DNA of 62,464 nucleotides, the filler included, from Polymyxa betae A26-41 (taxonomy: Eukaryota > Protista > Endomyxa: Phytomyxea), in assembly GCA_003693705.1 (NCBI GenBank). It is 3 parts of 3 records of this genome, joined end to end, with 100 filler letters (N's around TTAATTAATTAA, not from the genome) between each part and the next. Parts side by side here need not be neighbours in the genome. Positions count along the whole stretch, not along the records: positions 1 to 31,882 come from RBZT01000486.1; 2 more parts are not named here. The stretch is one strand, 5' to 3'. Positions 1 to 11,213 of the stretch are shown here, in pieces. Each line of letters starts with the position of its first letter. Within the stretch, counting starts at the first letter, position 1. Made by a program: the position numbers and the translations under genes. Below the pieces are notes generated by a model. That model made no database searches. It saw nothing but the letters and a program-made list of their open reading frames with translations, and was not told the DNA's origin.

Positions 1-2098
1 GTATCCCAGTAGATTCATAACAATTTGATGGGATCAATATGTTTGTATCAGTAAGAAAGGCGTACTCGTCATCATCAGGCGGCTTTTTCTGAATTACAGA
101 TTCAGGATGGGATTCCCCATTCAATATGAAAAAATCTCACCAAAAAAGCACATAGATTAGTGTAGTCTGTGATCTTCTCCACTCCAAAATCGAGCAATTT
201 CAGAAGTTCAGATAGCACGCCTTCTCTATCAAAAACTAGTTGTGATTTGATGGAGTATTTGGCATTGTTATTGACAGTTCGGGTCTCAAATCCGCACTCT
301 TGCCTTTGTGCCTAGAACAATGCTTTTGAAATTTGTATGAGGAAACGGATTTCCCCATCGTGATTGAAAGATCCGGAGATCATTCTGACAGCATATTGTA
401 ACACATGAAAGAACTGGATAGCATGTTCGATTCAGCCATTTATCAACGCCTTCACGTGCGATGTTCAATTTCGGGTCGGTAATCTTGGCCCGAAATATTT
501 TTAAACATAAACTGGCCACCAATATCAACTTTTGTAATGTGGTCTCCGAAGTTGAGATTTCCGAGGTTTCGGTTAATATGATCTGATCATCGAGAACTTT
601 GATAGCAATGGGGTCTTTTGCTGAAATATCTGTTGCCTTTTGCTGGGATCAATATGTTTGTTTGAGTAAAAAACGCGTACTCGTCATCATCCGGCTGCTT
701 TTTCTGAATTACAGATTCAGGTGAGATTCCGCAATCAGAATGAAAAAATCTCACCAGAAAAGCGCACAGTGTGGTGTAGTTTGTGATCTTCGAGACACCA
801 AAATCAAACAATTTCAGAAATTCAGAATACACGCTAGTCATTGGCAGAACGAAATCCATTGGCTGTGAACGGAACTTCATCCGTTTTACGGAGGGATGGT
901 TGTCATTCTGTAGATCAGGAGGGTCCACAGAAATGAAAAAAATATCTCGATTCATAGACTGATGGGTAGCTAACAGTTTCGATCGGCATTTATCTTCGGA
1001 ACATTCTTTATAGAACTTCCGATGATTGAATGGATTCCCCCAGAGTGTCTGAAACGTCCGAAGATCATTCTGACAGCATTGTTTGACACATCGTAGTACA
1101 GGACGTCACACCTCATACATCCAACTCTGTATTCTCCGATCAAAATTCTTCCAAGTCCATTCATATTTCCGAGAGGCCCAGAACAATTTCCGATACAGAT
1201 TCGTAATCAGAATCAGCTTTTGTAATGTGCTCGGAGAATAACGGATTCGTTTAATTTCGCTCACATCCAGATCATGTCCTTTCACATTGAGAACTAATGG
1301 ATAGTTGGAGCATTGACCTGCATCACCACAAGCTGAAGACAGAGAATGAAGTTCTTCTCATTCGGCTGTTTGATCTAATCTACAGTCAATATACAGCTGA
1401 CAGAAACGGCTCCTCAAATCTCACCAGAAACTTGCAGAGACTGTTATAGTCATGAATATCAGTCACATCATGATTGGAGGAATACAGAAGGTCGGTTAGT
1501 GAGGATGTCTCGTCAATACGAGGACGTTTCCGGGAGATAATTTCAGCTGGTTTATCCCTCTGATTATGAATATCTCAGAGATTTTCAAGATGTGAGACAT
1601 GTATACAGAAACATTACATTGATAGTTTCTTGAATAGGAGGTAAATTCGAAACATTGCCAGTGTGAGTTAATAAAGGTGTTGGTGTTGATAGAGTTCCAA
1701 TATCAGGTCGGGTGTCCACCATTTCACGAATTATATTCTCCGTGACTATCTGAAAAATACATCATTTTCATACCATCACAAATATATAGGTAATCATTTC
1801 ATGTATAAGTTTACATCACGATCAAGATCAAATGAGGGTTCAAAGCGGTTGTTGTAATAGGGAAGATCCGAGTGGTCTTGGATTGAATCTAAATCAAGGA
1901 GAATGGGTTCCAACAATGCATGTTTCAAAGATTTTCTTCTTTCTAATAGATCAATCTTACTGTGGTGTCTGTCACTTGGAGGTCGGGAGGAGAGACACCA
2001 ACATGAGTCTCCTCAAGACAGTTTCGAGCATTCGAACTGAATGTAGCCAAGCACTCTGATAGGCTCAGTATCAGGAAGGGAACCCATTGCCAATGCAT
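1..2098 (-). CDS. Multi-exon secreted protein with at least 3 diverged tandem modules (3' end runs off the window)
   Basis: ATG at 2098 gives the signal-like MHWQWVPFLILSLSECLA. Homologous peptides recur: LCKFL|IKQPNE, LCAFL|KKQPDDDEY, LCAFL|KKPPDDDEY, each split by a phase-0 GTGAGA...AG intron (1375-1424, 704-754, 89-140). TLQKLIL and PPDLQ also recur. Full exon structure not resolved. Confidence 0.6.
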
Positions 2099-2242
2099 TT
2101 TCAGGCCATTGAAGTCTGATCCTCGAACAGAGGCGATGCGATACTTTGGCGATGTCAAAGGGGAAACTACTTCTGTCTGTCGACAGCCACGTACTTTTCC
2201 CGTCTGTTGCACAGATGGCGGATCCCTCACTCATCAGAAGAT

Positions 2243-3151
2243 ATTTCTCTCCACGAGTGCAGTGCGCATAATTTCTCCATGCGGGTTGCGCCCACTGGCG
2301 TTTTAAGGTTTTTTTAGGGGTTGTTTATAGGGATTTTAGGGCTTTTGTAGGGTTTTTTAGGTGTTTTAGAGTGCGTTTGGTAACACTTCAAAACGGCCGT
2401 TTTGCGCAATTCTGACGTTTGGTAACCAAACGGAGCTCCGTTTCCGTTTTCCGAAAACGGGGCAAAACGGCCGTTTTGAAAACGGAGGTCTGACCTCCGT
2501 TTTGGCTCCGTTTTCAAAACGTGGCGCAAATAAATATCCAAATTAGGCATTTTTTCCTATGGATTTAACTATTTTCGTAGCTTTAACTGCTGTTATTCTG
2601 GTATTCGGCCGCTTTCATCTTGAAGGAGCCATGCCGCACGTCCTTTTTGACTGGGCAAGCGTGGGTCGAAGAACTGATCAAAGGGAACGCTCGATGTTTT
2701 CGTCGGCGAGATAACGGATGATGACACCATCCGTCTACGACTCTAGAATGAAGAAAGTTTACTTAAAATATAATAAAGATTTTATTAGAAAACGGGCGTT
2801 TTCAAATTAGCGTTTGGCTGCAAGCTCTGTTCCAGAACGGCCGTTTTTTAAACGTGGCGCAGAAAACGGAAAACGGCCGTTTTGCTTAAACGACCGTTTG
2901 GGACGCTGTGGTTACCAAACGCACTCTTAGTGTGTATGCCACAAAACGAAAACACAATTGTCTGATAGGCAGACTACCTACCTATCGTGATGGCAACTGT
3001 GAAGTTTGTCGAGTGTCATGCGGGTGATTCTTCTGTCATTGGATTGAATTCCTGACTTCCGAAAATTTCTGAGTCCAGCGCGGTCCGCGCCATCTCGCCA
3101 GTGGGCGCAACGCATGGAGAAATTGTGCGTTATCCACGCGATGAGAGAAAT
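2243..3151. repeat. Outer imperfect inverted repeat (about 55 bp arms), probable older element hosting the Harbinger insertion
   Basis: GCATAATTTCTCCATGCGGGTTGCGCCCACTGGCG (about 2266-2300) vs CGCCAGTGGGCGCAACGCATGGAGAAATTGTGC (about 3096-3128). No TSD identified. Confidence 0.45.
2369..2926 (+). mobile_element. PIF/Harbinger (Tourist-like) non-autonomous element with transposase N-terminal relic
   Basis: TIR GAGTGCGTTTGGTAAC / GTTACCAAACGCACTC with TTA TSD on both sides. Internal KEPCRTSFLTGQAWVEELIKGNARCF (2623-2700) matches the Harbinger transposase N-terminal P.hTS.LTG..WV.EL..G motif. Subterminal AAAACGGCCGTTTT palindromes. Confidence 0.85.
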
Positions 3152-6051
3152 CACAACCCGACCATACGTTAGAGCTCATCACTTTGCAGCAGAGAGATCT
3201 GCACTAACAGGCACTCGTGTTTTGACATTTCTTCCGAAGTTCAATCCAATACACGGCTTATGTTGAGGACAGCGTTGCAGATCTGGTGTCGGAATACTTA
3301 TTCCAAGGACTGGTTGCATTCGGACTAAAATACCAAACCAGAACAGCATCTCGAGTCTTTACAAATGTTTTATCGCAGGCCAGCTTGATCGGACTTCATT
3401 TCGGCCAGAGACAGGAGAAATTCTCGCAATGGTTTCTGGAATGTTATCCGATCCTGCGCTTATCGAGTCTGGTGTTGCACTCTACGATTGTAATTTTATA
3501 ACTTTAATTTCCACAGGGTCTCCACCTTGATGCTGAGGGCTATGTGAACTTCAACCCTGCTGAAATTTCAAGCCATTCGGGGTGATACGCATTACGAATT
3601 CTGTCAATTCATTTTTTGTGATTATGAAATTTTCGATCGTCTGGACTCAGGAACTCGGCAAATTGCAAGATCGTTCGTGCAGAGGATTCTGCGTCGCCTC
3701 GGTCCGCCGGTGTTACTGACCAAGTAGTCAAGACTACGAAAACGGTGTGAACGCAGATGGAATGAAAACAGAGTGTACACCCGGGCCAGTATGCCCGGGC
3801 GGCAGTAAAGATGAGCAGGAAAGTAGCGCGAGTGCGCCGTGGTGCAAGAGGACTGGGCAACATTAAGGTCGCTCTGAAGCTGAGACGCGGCCTCCGTCTC
3901 ATCTCGCCCTCTGCAGTTACAGCTCTCCAACCTTCACATTACACTTCGTGATCAAGAACAAAATAATAATCCAATACAGATGGTTTTTTCTTGACAAGTT
4001 GCTGTTTACGCAAAGAGTCTAAATAAATCGAAACCATAAAATCTACATCTGCATACCTTTACAATAGGATCGCCTACGTCGTTATGTAGAAGTCCCACGG
4101 ACTTCCGGCAAAAATCTATCCATCAACTATGCTTCGGATGAAGGATCTCAAGAAAATACGATCAGGTCTGCGTCGTCTGTCACGAGACCATGAGAAGACT
4201 TCGATGATGATTTCGGAGCTATTAGTCAGTGGACACCCGGACATTGGCTGTAACGTCATTACTGACATCACCATAATCAGGCTCAGGTCAACAACCAGCT
4301 CGCCCAATATCAGGGCACTCTCCATAGTCCATCGAGCGAAAAACGGCTCCGGGTCGTGATTTCGGAAAATGGCGAACCCGATCCTGAATCCGAGGGCGCC
4401 GTGGCCACCGCCGAATCCCGTAAGATGCCTCATCATTGCTTGATAGCTTTTTACTCACCATATGTAATAAGGTGACGAATTCGTTGATAAAGGGACCTTG
4501 GTGCGTGCTTGCATCGGATGAGGAAATGAAGCCTGAAAACTTGTCCTCGAGCCCGCCTGGGTTGCGCTCTTCCAGCCCGGCGCCTCTCCTCGAGCTCCCT
4601 CCTTTGAGTCCTTCCAGCTCAGTATAAAGAACAAACTTCAATGCGATAAACTTCTTAAATCTTTATCATAAACTTCTTACATCTTTATCATTATTTCTTC
4701 GGTAATTCAAAGTATTTAATAGCGCATACTTGATTAACAATCAGCGAAGGCGAGACGAATCATCTAGAATCGAAAGAACCGAATTTGTGGTAATACCGAT
4801 TCTTTCATGACTTTCCACAGCAGATTCAATATCATGACGTCGTCCTGCACGATGAACCATTGTAGCCACTATTTTCGCTTTCATGGTCTCCGTATTCGCC
4901 ACGAAGACGAGCCCTAGTGGGATGAACACGCCTCGTCTATCGCTTCGTTTACATTCCACTGCCAGAATGACCATAGTAGCAAACAGCAATAACTTTCTCT
5001 AACGCCACCAACGACTTCTTTGCTGAAAAACGTTCAATAACTTAAGAGAGCAAATTTTCTCATCTCGGCCAGAACCTGGATCTGCTGTACATAGTTACAT
5101 CCGTAAAATTAATGGGGCCATCTTCGAGGATTACGTAACCGCGCTTAGTTTCGCATTTTTGGCCGACTGTATGCAGATTCGACGTCGATCTTAGACTTTT
5201 CGAGCGTTCATGCAGAATTGGGTCGCGATGACGTGCGTCTCTGTAATAGAGAAACGTGCGATAAGAGTTATAAAACTGGCACGAATAGAGATGAAGCCGG
5301 TCATATCATTGCTCAAGGGTTCTCCTACTTTCCACACAATGCAGCTGTGCTGATAAAATTCATACTCAGGCCAGAACACATCGAAAGAACAGAAAAATTA
5401 AATCGGAAGATACCGTTCGAAATTGTAAGCGATACAGAGATACTGTAGAATATCAAATATGTAAAACGACAAGAATCAGGTAAAGCAACTTCGAGATAAA
5501 TACACGATTTTAGAAATCAGAAAACGCACCAGCCCAACGGATATGATGATCTTAAATGGCCTGAAGGGCTGTGTGAGTCCTTTCATAACAAAGTATTCAA
5601 AACCAACGACGGTGGTAGAATGGTTTCGCACAGCTTAACCATTTCGACCCTGAATTTTGTTCTCGCTGTTTCCTTTCATGCTGTTGGAGAAGCGTCGTCA
5701 GAATCTGTATTCCATCTTCCATTAAGGGACCTGGTTCATGACAGCAACCATCCATGATTGTTTTAACCCGTTTTGAAGAGATAGAACAAAGGCTCTATTC
5801 AATCAGATCATCTCTGCGTTTGTGTTTGAGCTTCAGCAACGATTGTGTCTCGAGTTCGCAAAATATCGTCAGCGGGCTCCATGAGCTTGAACGTTGTTTC
5901 CGGTTCAGCGTATTTGCTCGAAGTTTAAAAGCATGCCTTGGTGTATTGGAATCTCGGATTCACAGTCGCTGTACGCTCTGCCCCAGATCAGAAGAATCTC
6001 GTGTTGATCAATCGATTCAGATTGATTTTCCTCTTGTTCAATAATCACGCA

Positions 6052-6068
6052 GACTGCGATTAATCCGT
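6052..6068 (+). promoter_or_regulatory. Conserved upstream motif shared by two effector paralogs
   Basis: GACTGCGATTAATCCGT about 137 bp before ATG 6205. A 16/17 match lies on the - strand at 27354-27370, about 120 bp before ATG 27234. Confidence 0.4.
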
Positions 6069-6204
6069 GCCAGTGACGGGTCTCTTCAGGTCCGCAAAGT
6101 GACGAATTCCAATCGATCATGATCTCTGACCTGAAAGGGGAAGATCGCCGACCAATCGATCATAACGATTTCCTTCACATCGATCTCGCCTTCACATCGC
6201 CGTC

Positions 6205-8157
6205 ATGTTGGCCCTTCTATCAATCCTGTTTCTGATTCACTCGGCGGCCGCAGCACCCGCAGCCCGCGAGGCCGCACCGCCATCCAGCATGACCGTGTGC
6301 GCAGCCACCACCGCCGCTCCGGAACACGCGATCTGGAGCAGCTGGGACGTCTGCGACCGAATCCTGTCCAGTATTCCCCTGGACAAGATCTCCGCCTCTG
6401 TCTATAATCGTCTGTCGCAGAACCATGTCCGTCTACGGCGTCTGTTCGATCCCACGTTACCTAACCGGAGCGTGATGCCCGCCGTACTGGCTCTGGACGG
6501 CGACCACGCCGTGGAAATCCGTGACCGGATCGGCTGGCCCGAGGCCCTGTATATCACTCGGAGGGTGGTGAACTCCGGAGCGGGTTCCGCGGATGTTATC
6601 AAGATGCTGCACCATCTTATAGACGTTCTCGGCTTCCTCAAAGTCCGAGATGTCCTGCCCGGAACTGTCCTACGTTCGGGATTCCGCCCCAAACAGATGC
6701 GCGACATACTTAACGGAGTGCGATCATCGAATGCGCGGAGTAAAGTCGACAGTCCGCATCAGCTGAAACATATTTCCATTGCGGCGAAATCCTGGCCGAA
6801 CGCCATCTCCGGAGTTCCTGCGGGATTACAGAACTATCAGCAGTACTTCCGCAATCGACAGATACAGAAGGCGTCTCTATTCACAACATCATCCACGCAG
6901 AATCTGCGGAAGCAGCCTGCAAAGCCGCAACTGATCGCCGTGCCGTCTCTACCACAATCAATCACGGACGCCGTATCACGGGCCATCAACGACGCCGTCG
7001 TCAACCGATTCTTCCGACAGCTCACGGACTTGACTGCCACGAACTTACTCAGTGCGGACGGCGTACAGATCCCCGAACTTATCGAATTAATCGATCAATG
7101 GCGCCTGGATCGCAATCTCACCAAGCAGAAGGATTGGCGGTTCCAGATCGTACTGGCCCTGCAGCATCAGATTCGGCAGCAAGGAATCGCCGGGCCGGAA
7201 CTTAGGCAAGATGTCCGTAGGTGTCTATCGGAGCTGTGGCCGGAGTTAAGGGCCGGAGTTCCGCGTATTCGATTCGTTCCGTATGCGGGCATGCTCAAGT
7301 TCGGATATCGTGTGGAGTCCGATTCGGACTTGGCGGCAGCCATTCAGGACAGTCTGCAGACGGAGTTGCCGCCCACGTTACACGAACCACTCCAGTCGTG
7401 GCTTCCGGAGCCGTCCTGCCGCAATTATGTCGATCCGCAGTTGGTCGCGGAGCTGCTCCTGGAACGATTACGGGTGGACGCACTCACGGACCCCGAGATT
7501 CTGTTACAGTTACGCCTGGTCGGAGTCGCCTTCAACCTCAGTCGTTATGTTCGTCGGATTCCGCCGCAGCTGTTAAACATAGCTCGTCTGGTGCCGCTTC
7601 TGGATAACGGGGGGGGAGACGCGGCCTTCAACGTCCTTCTCCGGATGATTCGCGACAATCTGATCGACGGTGTCGTGGCGTTGAGCGGTTCTCCGGACTT
7701 CTCCAGTAACGTGAACTTCACGTGTTACCAGAAGGTGTTCTTCATCGTGTTCGCGCACTTGATCCATGACCGCAATACGGAGATGTTCCGGGCTTTGGCC
7801 AATTTCTATCATACGACGAAATGTTTCGGGTTCTCATATAGAGATCGGCTCGCTCATCGCAACCTGCTTCATCTGGCGGCCCAGTACGACCTACTGGAGA
7901 TCGTCGAGATACTGCTGGAACATCAGCCGGATCTGGTGTTGGAAACGGACGAGGGAGATCGGACTCCGCTGGAGCATGCCAAGTCCGGATCTCGGACTTA
8001 TGATCTCATTGAGGCGAACTGCCTGAAGACAGAGATGAACGACAGCAAGCGGAAGGTCTCGAACGTAGCCCATGATCTAATGAGAATGTATGGAATAGAG
8101 AAGACAGGCAGAAGCAGTACGACCGAATTCCTGAACTTCTGGATGCAAACTCTTTAA
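6205..8157 (+). CDS. Secreted ankyrin-repeat protein with degenerate F-box-like N-terminus (candidate effector), intronless, 650 aa
   Basis: Signal peptide MLALLSILFLIHSAAA. C-terminal ankyrin NLLHLAAQYDLLEIVEILLEHQPDLVLETDEGDRTPLEHA. Aligns end to end with 25519-27234. Confidence 0.9.
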   Translation: MLALLSILFLIHSAAAAPAAREAAPPSSMTVCAATTAAPEHAIWSSWDVCDRILSSIPLDKISASVYNRLSQNHVRLRRLFDPTLPNRSVMPAVLALDGDHAVEIRDRIGWPEALYITRRVVNSGAGSADVIKMLHHLIDVLGFLKVRDVLPGTVLRSGFRPKQMRDILNGVRSSNARSKVDSPHQLKHISIAAKSWPNAISGVPAGLQNYQQYFRNRQIQKASLFTTSSTQNLRKQPAKPQLIAVPSLPQSITDAVSRAINDAVVNRFFRQLTDLTATNLLSADGVQIPELIELIDQWRLDRNLTKQKDWRFQIVLALQHQIRQQGIAGPELRQDVRRCLSELWPELRAGVPRIRFVPYAGMLKFGYRVESDSDLAAAIQDSLQTELPPTLHEPLQSWLPEPSCRNYVDPQLVAELLLERLRVDALTDPEILLQLRLVGVAFNLSRYVRRIPPQLLNIARLVPLLDNGGGDAAFNVLLRMIRDNLIDGVVALSGSPDFSSNVNFTCYQKVFFIVFAHLIHDRNTEMFRALANFYHTTKCFGFSYRDRLAHRNLLHLAAQYDLLEIVEILLEHQPDLVLETDEGDRTPLEHAKSGSRTYDLIEANCLKTEMNDSKRKVSNVAHDLMRMYGIEKTGRSSTTEFLNFWMQTL

Positions 8158-8710
8158 GTTGGCAAATTGCATTTCCAGGTTCTATTGATCCTTGTATATT
8201 AGAAGTGTCAAAAAACAAATTTAATCCCATATTAAGAAACTGTATTTTTAAATGCTACAGACTGTATTTTTGTAGAATGTAGTTCTAATTAGCTGTTAGA
8301 GATCCCGAATGCGGCAGAAGAACCGCAAACCCTAACGGCTCCTTATAATCGCTTGCTCAGTCATTACGCAGCTGTGTAATTGACACTAGTTGAAGTCTGG
8401 AAAGGCGAGATAAAATAATGGTCTTGTGAAGTGTTTATAAACGCTGAAAAAAACAAATCAAGAACCGGATTCAGAATTATATGGAGTAACACAATTGATG
8501 TGCCACAGGAATCTGGAACGAGATTTCGGTTAGGGTTAGGCCGTTAGGGGTTTTTAATCACGGCCGGGGGGGGGGGGGNNNNNNNNNNNNNNNNNNNNNN
8601 NNNNNNNNNNNNNNNNNNNNNNNNNNNNNNNNNNNNNNNNNNNNNNNNNNNNNNNNNNNNNNNNNNNNNNNNNNNNNNNNNNNNNNNNNNNNNNNNNNNN
8701 NNNNNNNNNN

Positions 8711-8747
8711 CATCGAGGGGTCGCGAGTTCGAACCGCTTTGGTGACA
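8711..8747 (+). other. tRNA-like 3' half (tRNA pseudogene or SINE head) truncated by an assembly gap
   Basis: B-box GAGTTCGAACC preceded by GGTC and followed by an acceptor-like strand and oligo-T. T-stem pairing is poor and the 5' half is lost in Ns. Confidence 0.3.
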
Positions 8748-9197
8748 TTGTTTTTTTGCATCACCTCCAGGGGTTCCAATTTGCGCGAGATTAACCCCAC
8801 CTCACTATCGTCCATTAAAAAATATAGATTTGTCATCGGGTGAAGTACCAGCTGACAGATGTCCCAGAAAGCACTGAACCGGTATATTCACACCAAGAAC
8901 CAAGACGAGTCACAAAGGTGGAAGAAGCTCCGAATTAGGGTTAGGGTTGCTGTTCTTGCAGCCCGTGCACAAATGGATAATATGTCGCCTACATCGCCTA
9001 TTAATGGCGTAACAACCCATCGGACTCTGGGATCGATCTTATTACTGGCGCGCGTACGCGGTATCTCCGTGCGATTAGGGTTTCCGTAGTGACTCCCGAT
9101 TCGAAATCGCAACTGCATCAAATCGCCAGACCGTACTCTCCATCAATCGTTTAATGGTCCTCTCCGTATCCGAGGGCGGTACACACCGGACCCGTAG

Positions 9198-10607
9198 ATG
9201 TCGGTAACCAGCGCGCCTCCGGGCTGGATCGTCATCCGCTGGGTCCTCGTGGGCCTGCACGTCCCCCTCGCCATTCTCCCGATTCTGTATTGGCGGCATC
9301 GTGATCTGGACCCGATCAAGAGTCGGCGGCCGCTACTCATGACCGTGATCTGTGCGAGCGCCGTCCTACTGGCCCTGCAGCAGCTGATTCGAATGGCGGC
9401 GGTGGATTGGCTGCCGATCTGGTGGGATGTTTTCGCGCCCGGAGTTTGGTTGATCTGTTTCATCGATGGGCATCTGTTATTCGCTGTGTCGCTCTATATA
9501 GCGTTTAATAAGACCCGTGATCAACTACAATTCATACAAACCCTAGAACCCTGTCGTGATATCGCCTTCAATAAGACCCGGGATAAGTTGCAACTCATAC
9601 AAACCCTAGAACCGCAGCTGGCCGTCCAACTCCGCCGCGTTATCCGCGTCCAGAAATTCCTGATCAGCGACCGGTTTGCGACGTACTGGCTCGTCTCGCA
9701 AAGCGTCCTGTTTTGCGCGTTCTGTACGATTTATTGTGCCGTCACGGACTTTAGCGCCCTCAGCTTACCTCTCTACAATGTTGATATTCAATCCAATAAT
9801 CCATTCCCTTTGATTCAATATTTCGTTTTCATTCGGCTCCTTCTTTGTATTATCTTCGTCGTACTGATCCGTAATCGAATCGGTCTCGTTCAGGACGCGT
9901 TTGGCTCCAAGACTATGTTACAGCATACGTCATTGATCATGGCAGCAGGCTGTATCGTGTATCTAGCTATGTCGACGTTCTTCTTGGATCTCGGACTGCC
10001 GCAATTATCGGTCGCGTTCCTCATGGATGCTGTCCTGCTGCACTCGTTCGTCGTTCCGATTCGCAAGTGTCGAAAGGCCGCGGTGTCTGTGGGTTGCGCC
10101 ATCTCGGACTTTGAGGCGTTCCTGCTCGATGCGGATGGATTCGCGGAGTTCCAGCATCATCTCGAGAAGGAGTTCGCGGTCGAGAATTTGCTGTTCTGGC
10201 GCGCTGTCCGCCAATACCGAGCCGAATTCCCGAACCGAGCCACGGAGTCCGCCACGGACATCTATAAGCGGTTTCTAGCTCCGGAAGCGGCTCTCGAAGT
10301 CAACATCCCGTCCGAGATGAGCAAGCAGCTGCGTGCCTGTTTCATTACGGATGACGGGGGCGGCGTCGTGCTGGCCGATGCCGAGATGCTGCGCCGAGAC
10401 CTGTTCGACGCGGCCTCCCGCCAGACTCTCGCCCTCATGGAGTCCGATCCCCTCGTTCGGTTCGTCCTTACACGACCGCCAGCGCTGGAACGCTTTCTCT
10501 TCCATCGAGCCGCCAACCAGATGATGTCGTCAAACCGGACTCCTGTACAGGGAACGACGCGGATGTCGGCGTCGTTGACGCTGCATTCGTTTCTGGCTTC
10601 GACTTGA
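9198..10607 (+). CDS. 7TM-RGS protein (multi-pass membrane domain fused to a regulator of G-protein signalling domain), 469 aa
   Basis: Six to seven hydrophobic helices including the IKSRRPLL motif after TM1. RGS motifs FQHHLEKEFAVENLLFW, IYKRFLAPEAALEVNI, LFDAASRQTLALMESDPLVRF. Confidence 0.9.
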   Translation: MSVTSAPPGWIVIRWVLVGLHVPLAILPILYWRHRDLDPIKSRRPLLMTVICASAVLLALQQLIRMAAVDWLPIWWDVFAPGVWLICFIDGHLLFAVSLYIAFNKTRDQLQFIQTLEPCRDIAFNKTRDKLQLIQTLEPQLAVQLRRVIRVQKFLISDRFATYWLVSQSVLFCAFCTIYCAVTDFSALSLPLYNVDIQSNNPFPLIQYFVFIRLLLCIIFVVLIRNRIGLVQDAFGSKTMLQHTSLIMAAGCIVYLAMSTFFLDLGLPQLSVAFLMDAVLLHSFVVPIRKCRKAAVSVGCAISDFEAFLLDADGFAEFQHHLEKEFAVENLLFWRAVRQYRAEFPNRATESATDIYKRFLAPEAALEVNIPSEMSKQLRACFITDDGGGVVLADAEMLRRDLFDAASRQTLALMESDPLVRFVLTRPPALERFLFHRAANQMMSSNRTPVQGTTRMSASLTLHSFLAST

Positions 10608-10644
10608 TTGAGGTCCGCTCCGCCTCTATCGCCATGATCTTTAA

Positions 10645-11213
10645 GAGCGCGTTTGGATACCACTCAATTTCACAATCGGATTTTGCGGAAACTGGATTTC
10701 TTTCCAGAGGAATCCGGTTTTCGCAAAATCTGGATTTTGAGTATTTGCGGGCACCAAACGAACATGAGCTCGTCTGAGTATGAAGAATCTTGGAATCACG
10801 ATCGTAGTCTAATACAAATTTATTGTTGAAATGCAGGGTCACAGCGGTTCAGGCCTCCTTTTTAAAACCCAGAGTCGGCACTCTTGCCTTCGCCGACCTG
10901 CATCTGAAGCAAGGACACAAGGTTTGCGTCCTTGTCCAGGTCCCACACCCCTCGTGGCGCCTTGCTAGTTGCCGATTTCTTCATCGAGCTGAGAAAGATT
11001 AACACGCGAATCCGGATTTACCATGTAAAATCCAGGTCCGAATAGGATTTTATAAATCCAGATTTTGCAAGCAAAATCTCAAGCAAAATCTGGATTTATA
11101 AAACGGGATTTTGGAATGCCAAACAGGTTGATTCCACGGCAAATCCGGGTTTCACACAAAATCCGGATTATGGGGTGTCAAATCCAGATTCTGCGTGGTA
11201 TCCAAACGCGCCC
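10645..11213 (-). mobile_element. PIF/Harbinger non-autonomous element with Myb/SANT ORF relic
   Basis: TIR GAGCGCGTTTGGATACCAC / GTGGTATCCAAACGCGCCC with TAA TSD. The - strand at 10984-10790 encodes RGVWDLDKDANLVSLLQMQVGEGKSADSGF/KKEA*TAVTLHFNNKF (one frameshift, one stop). Many AAATCCGGATT subterminal repeats. Confidence 0.88.

Noticed and set aside
3200-5760. Possible minus-strand multi-exon channel-like (mucolipin/PKD) gene
   Set aside because: Hydrophobic fragments and splice-like sites exist, but in-frame stops and the lack of a convincing motif prevent a supported call.
6220-8073. Many short antisense or alternate-frame ORFs over long genes
   Set aside because: Shadow ORFs caused by GC-rich codon usage of the real CDS.
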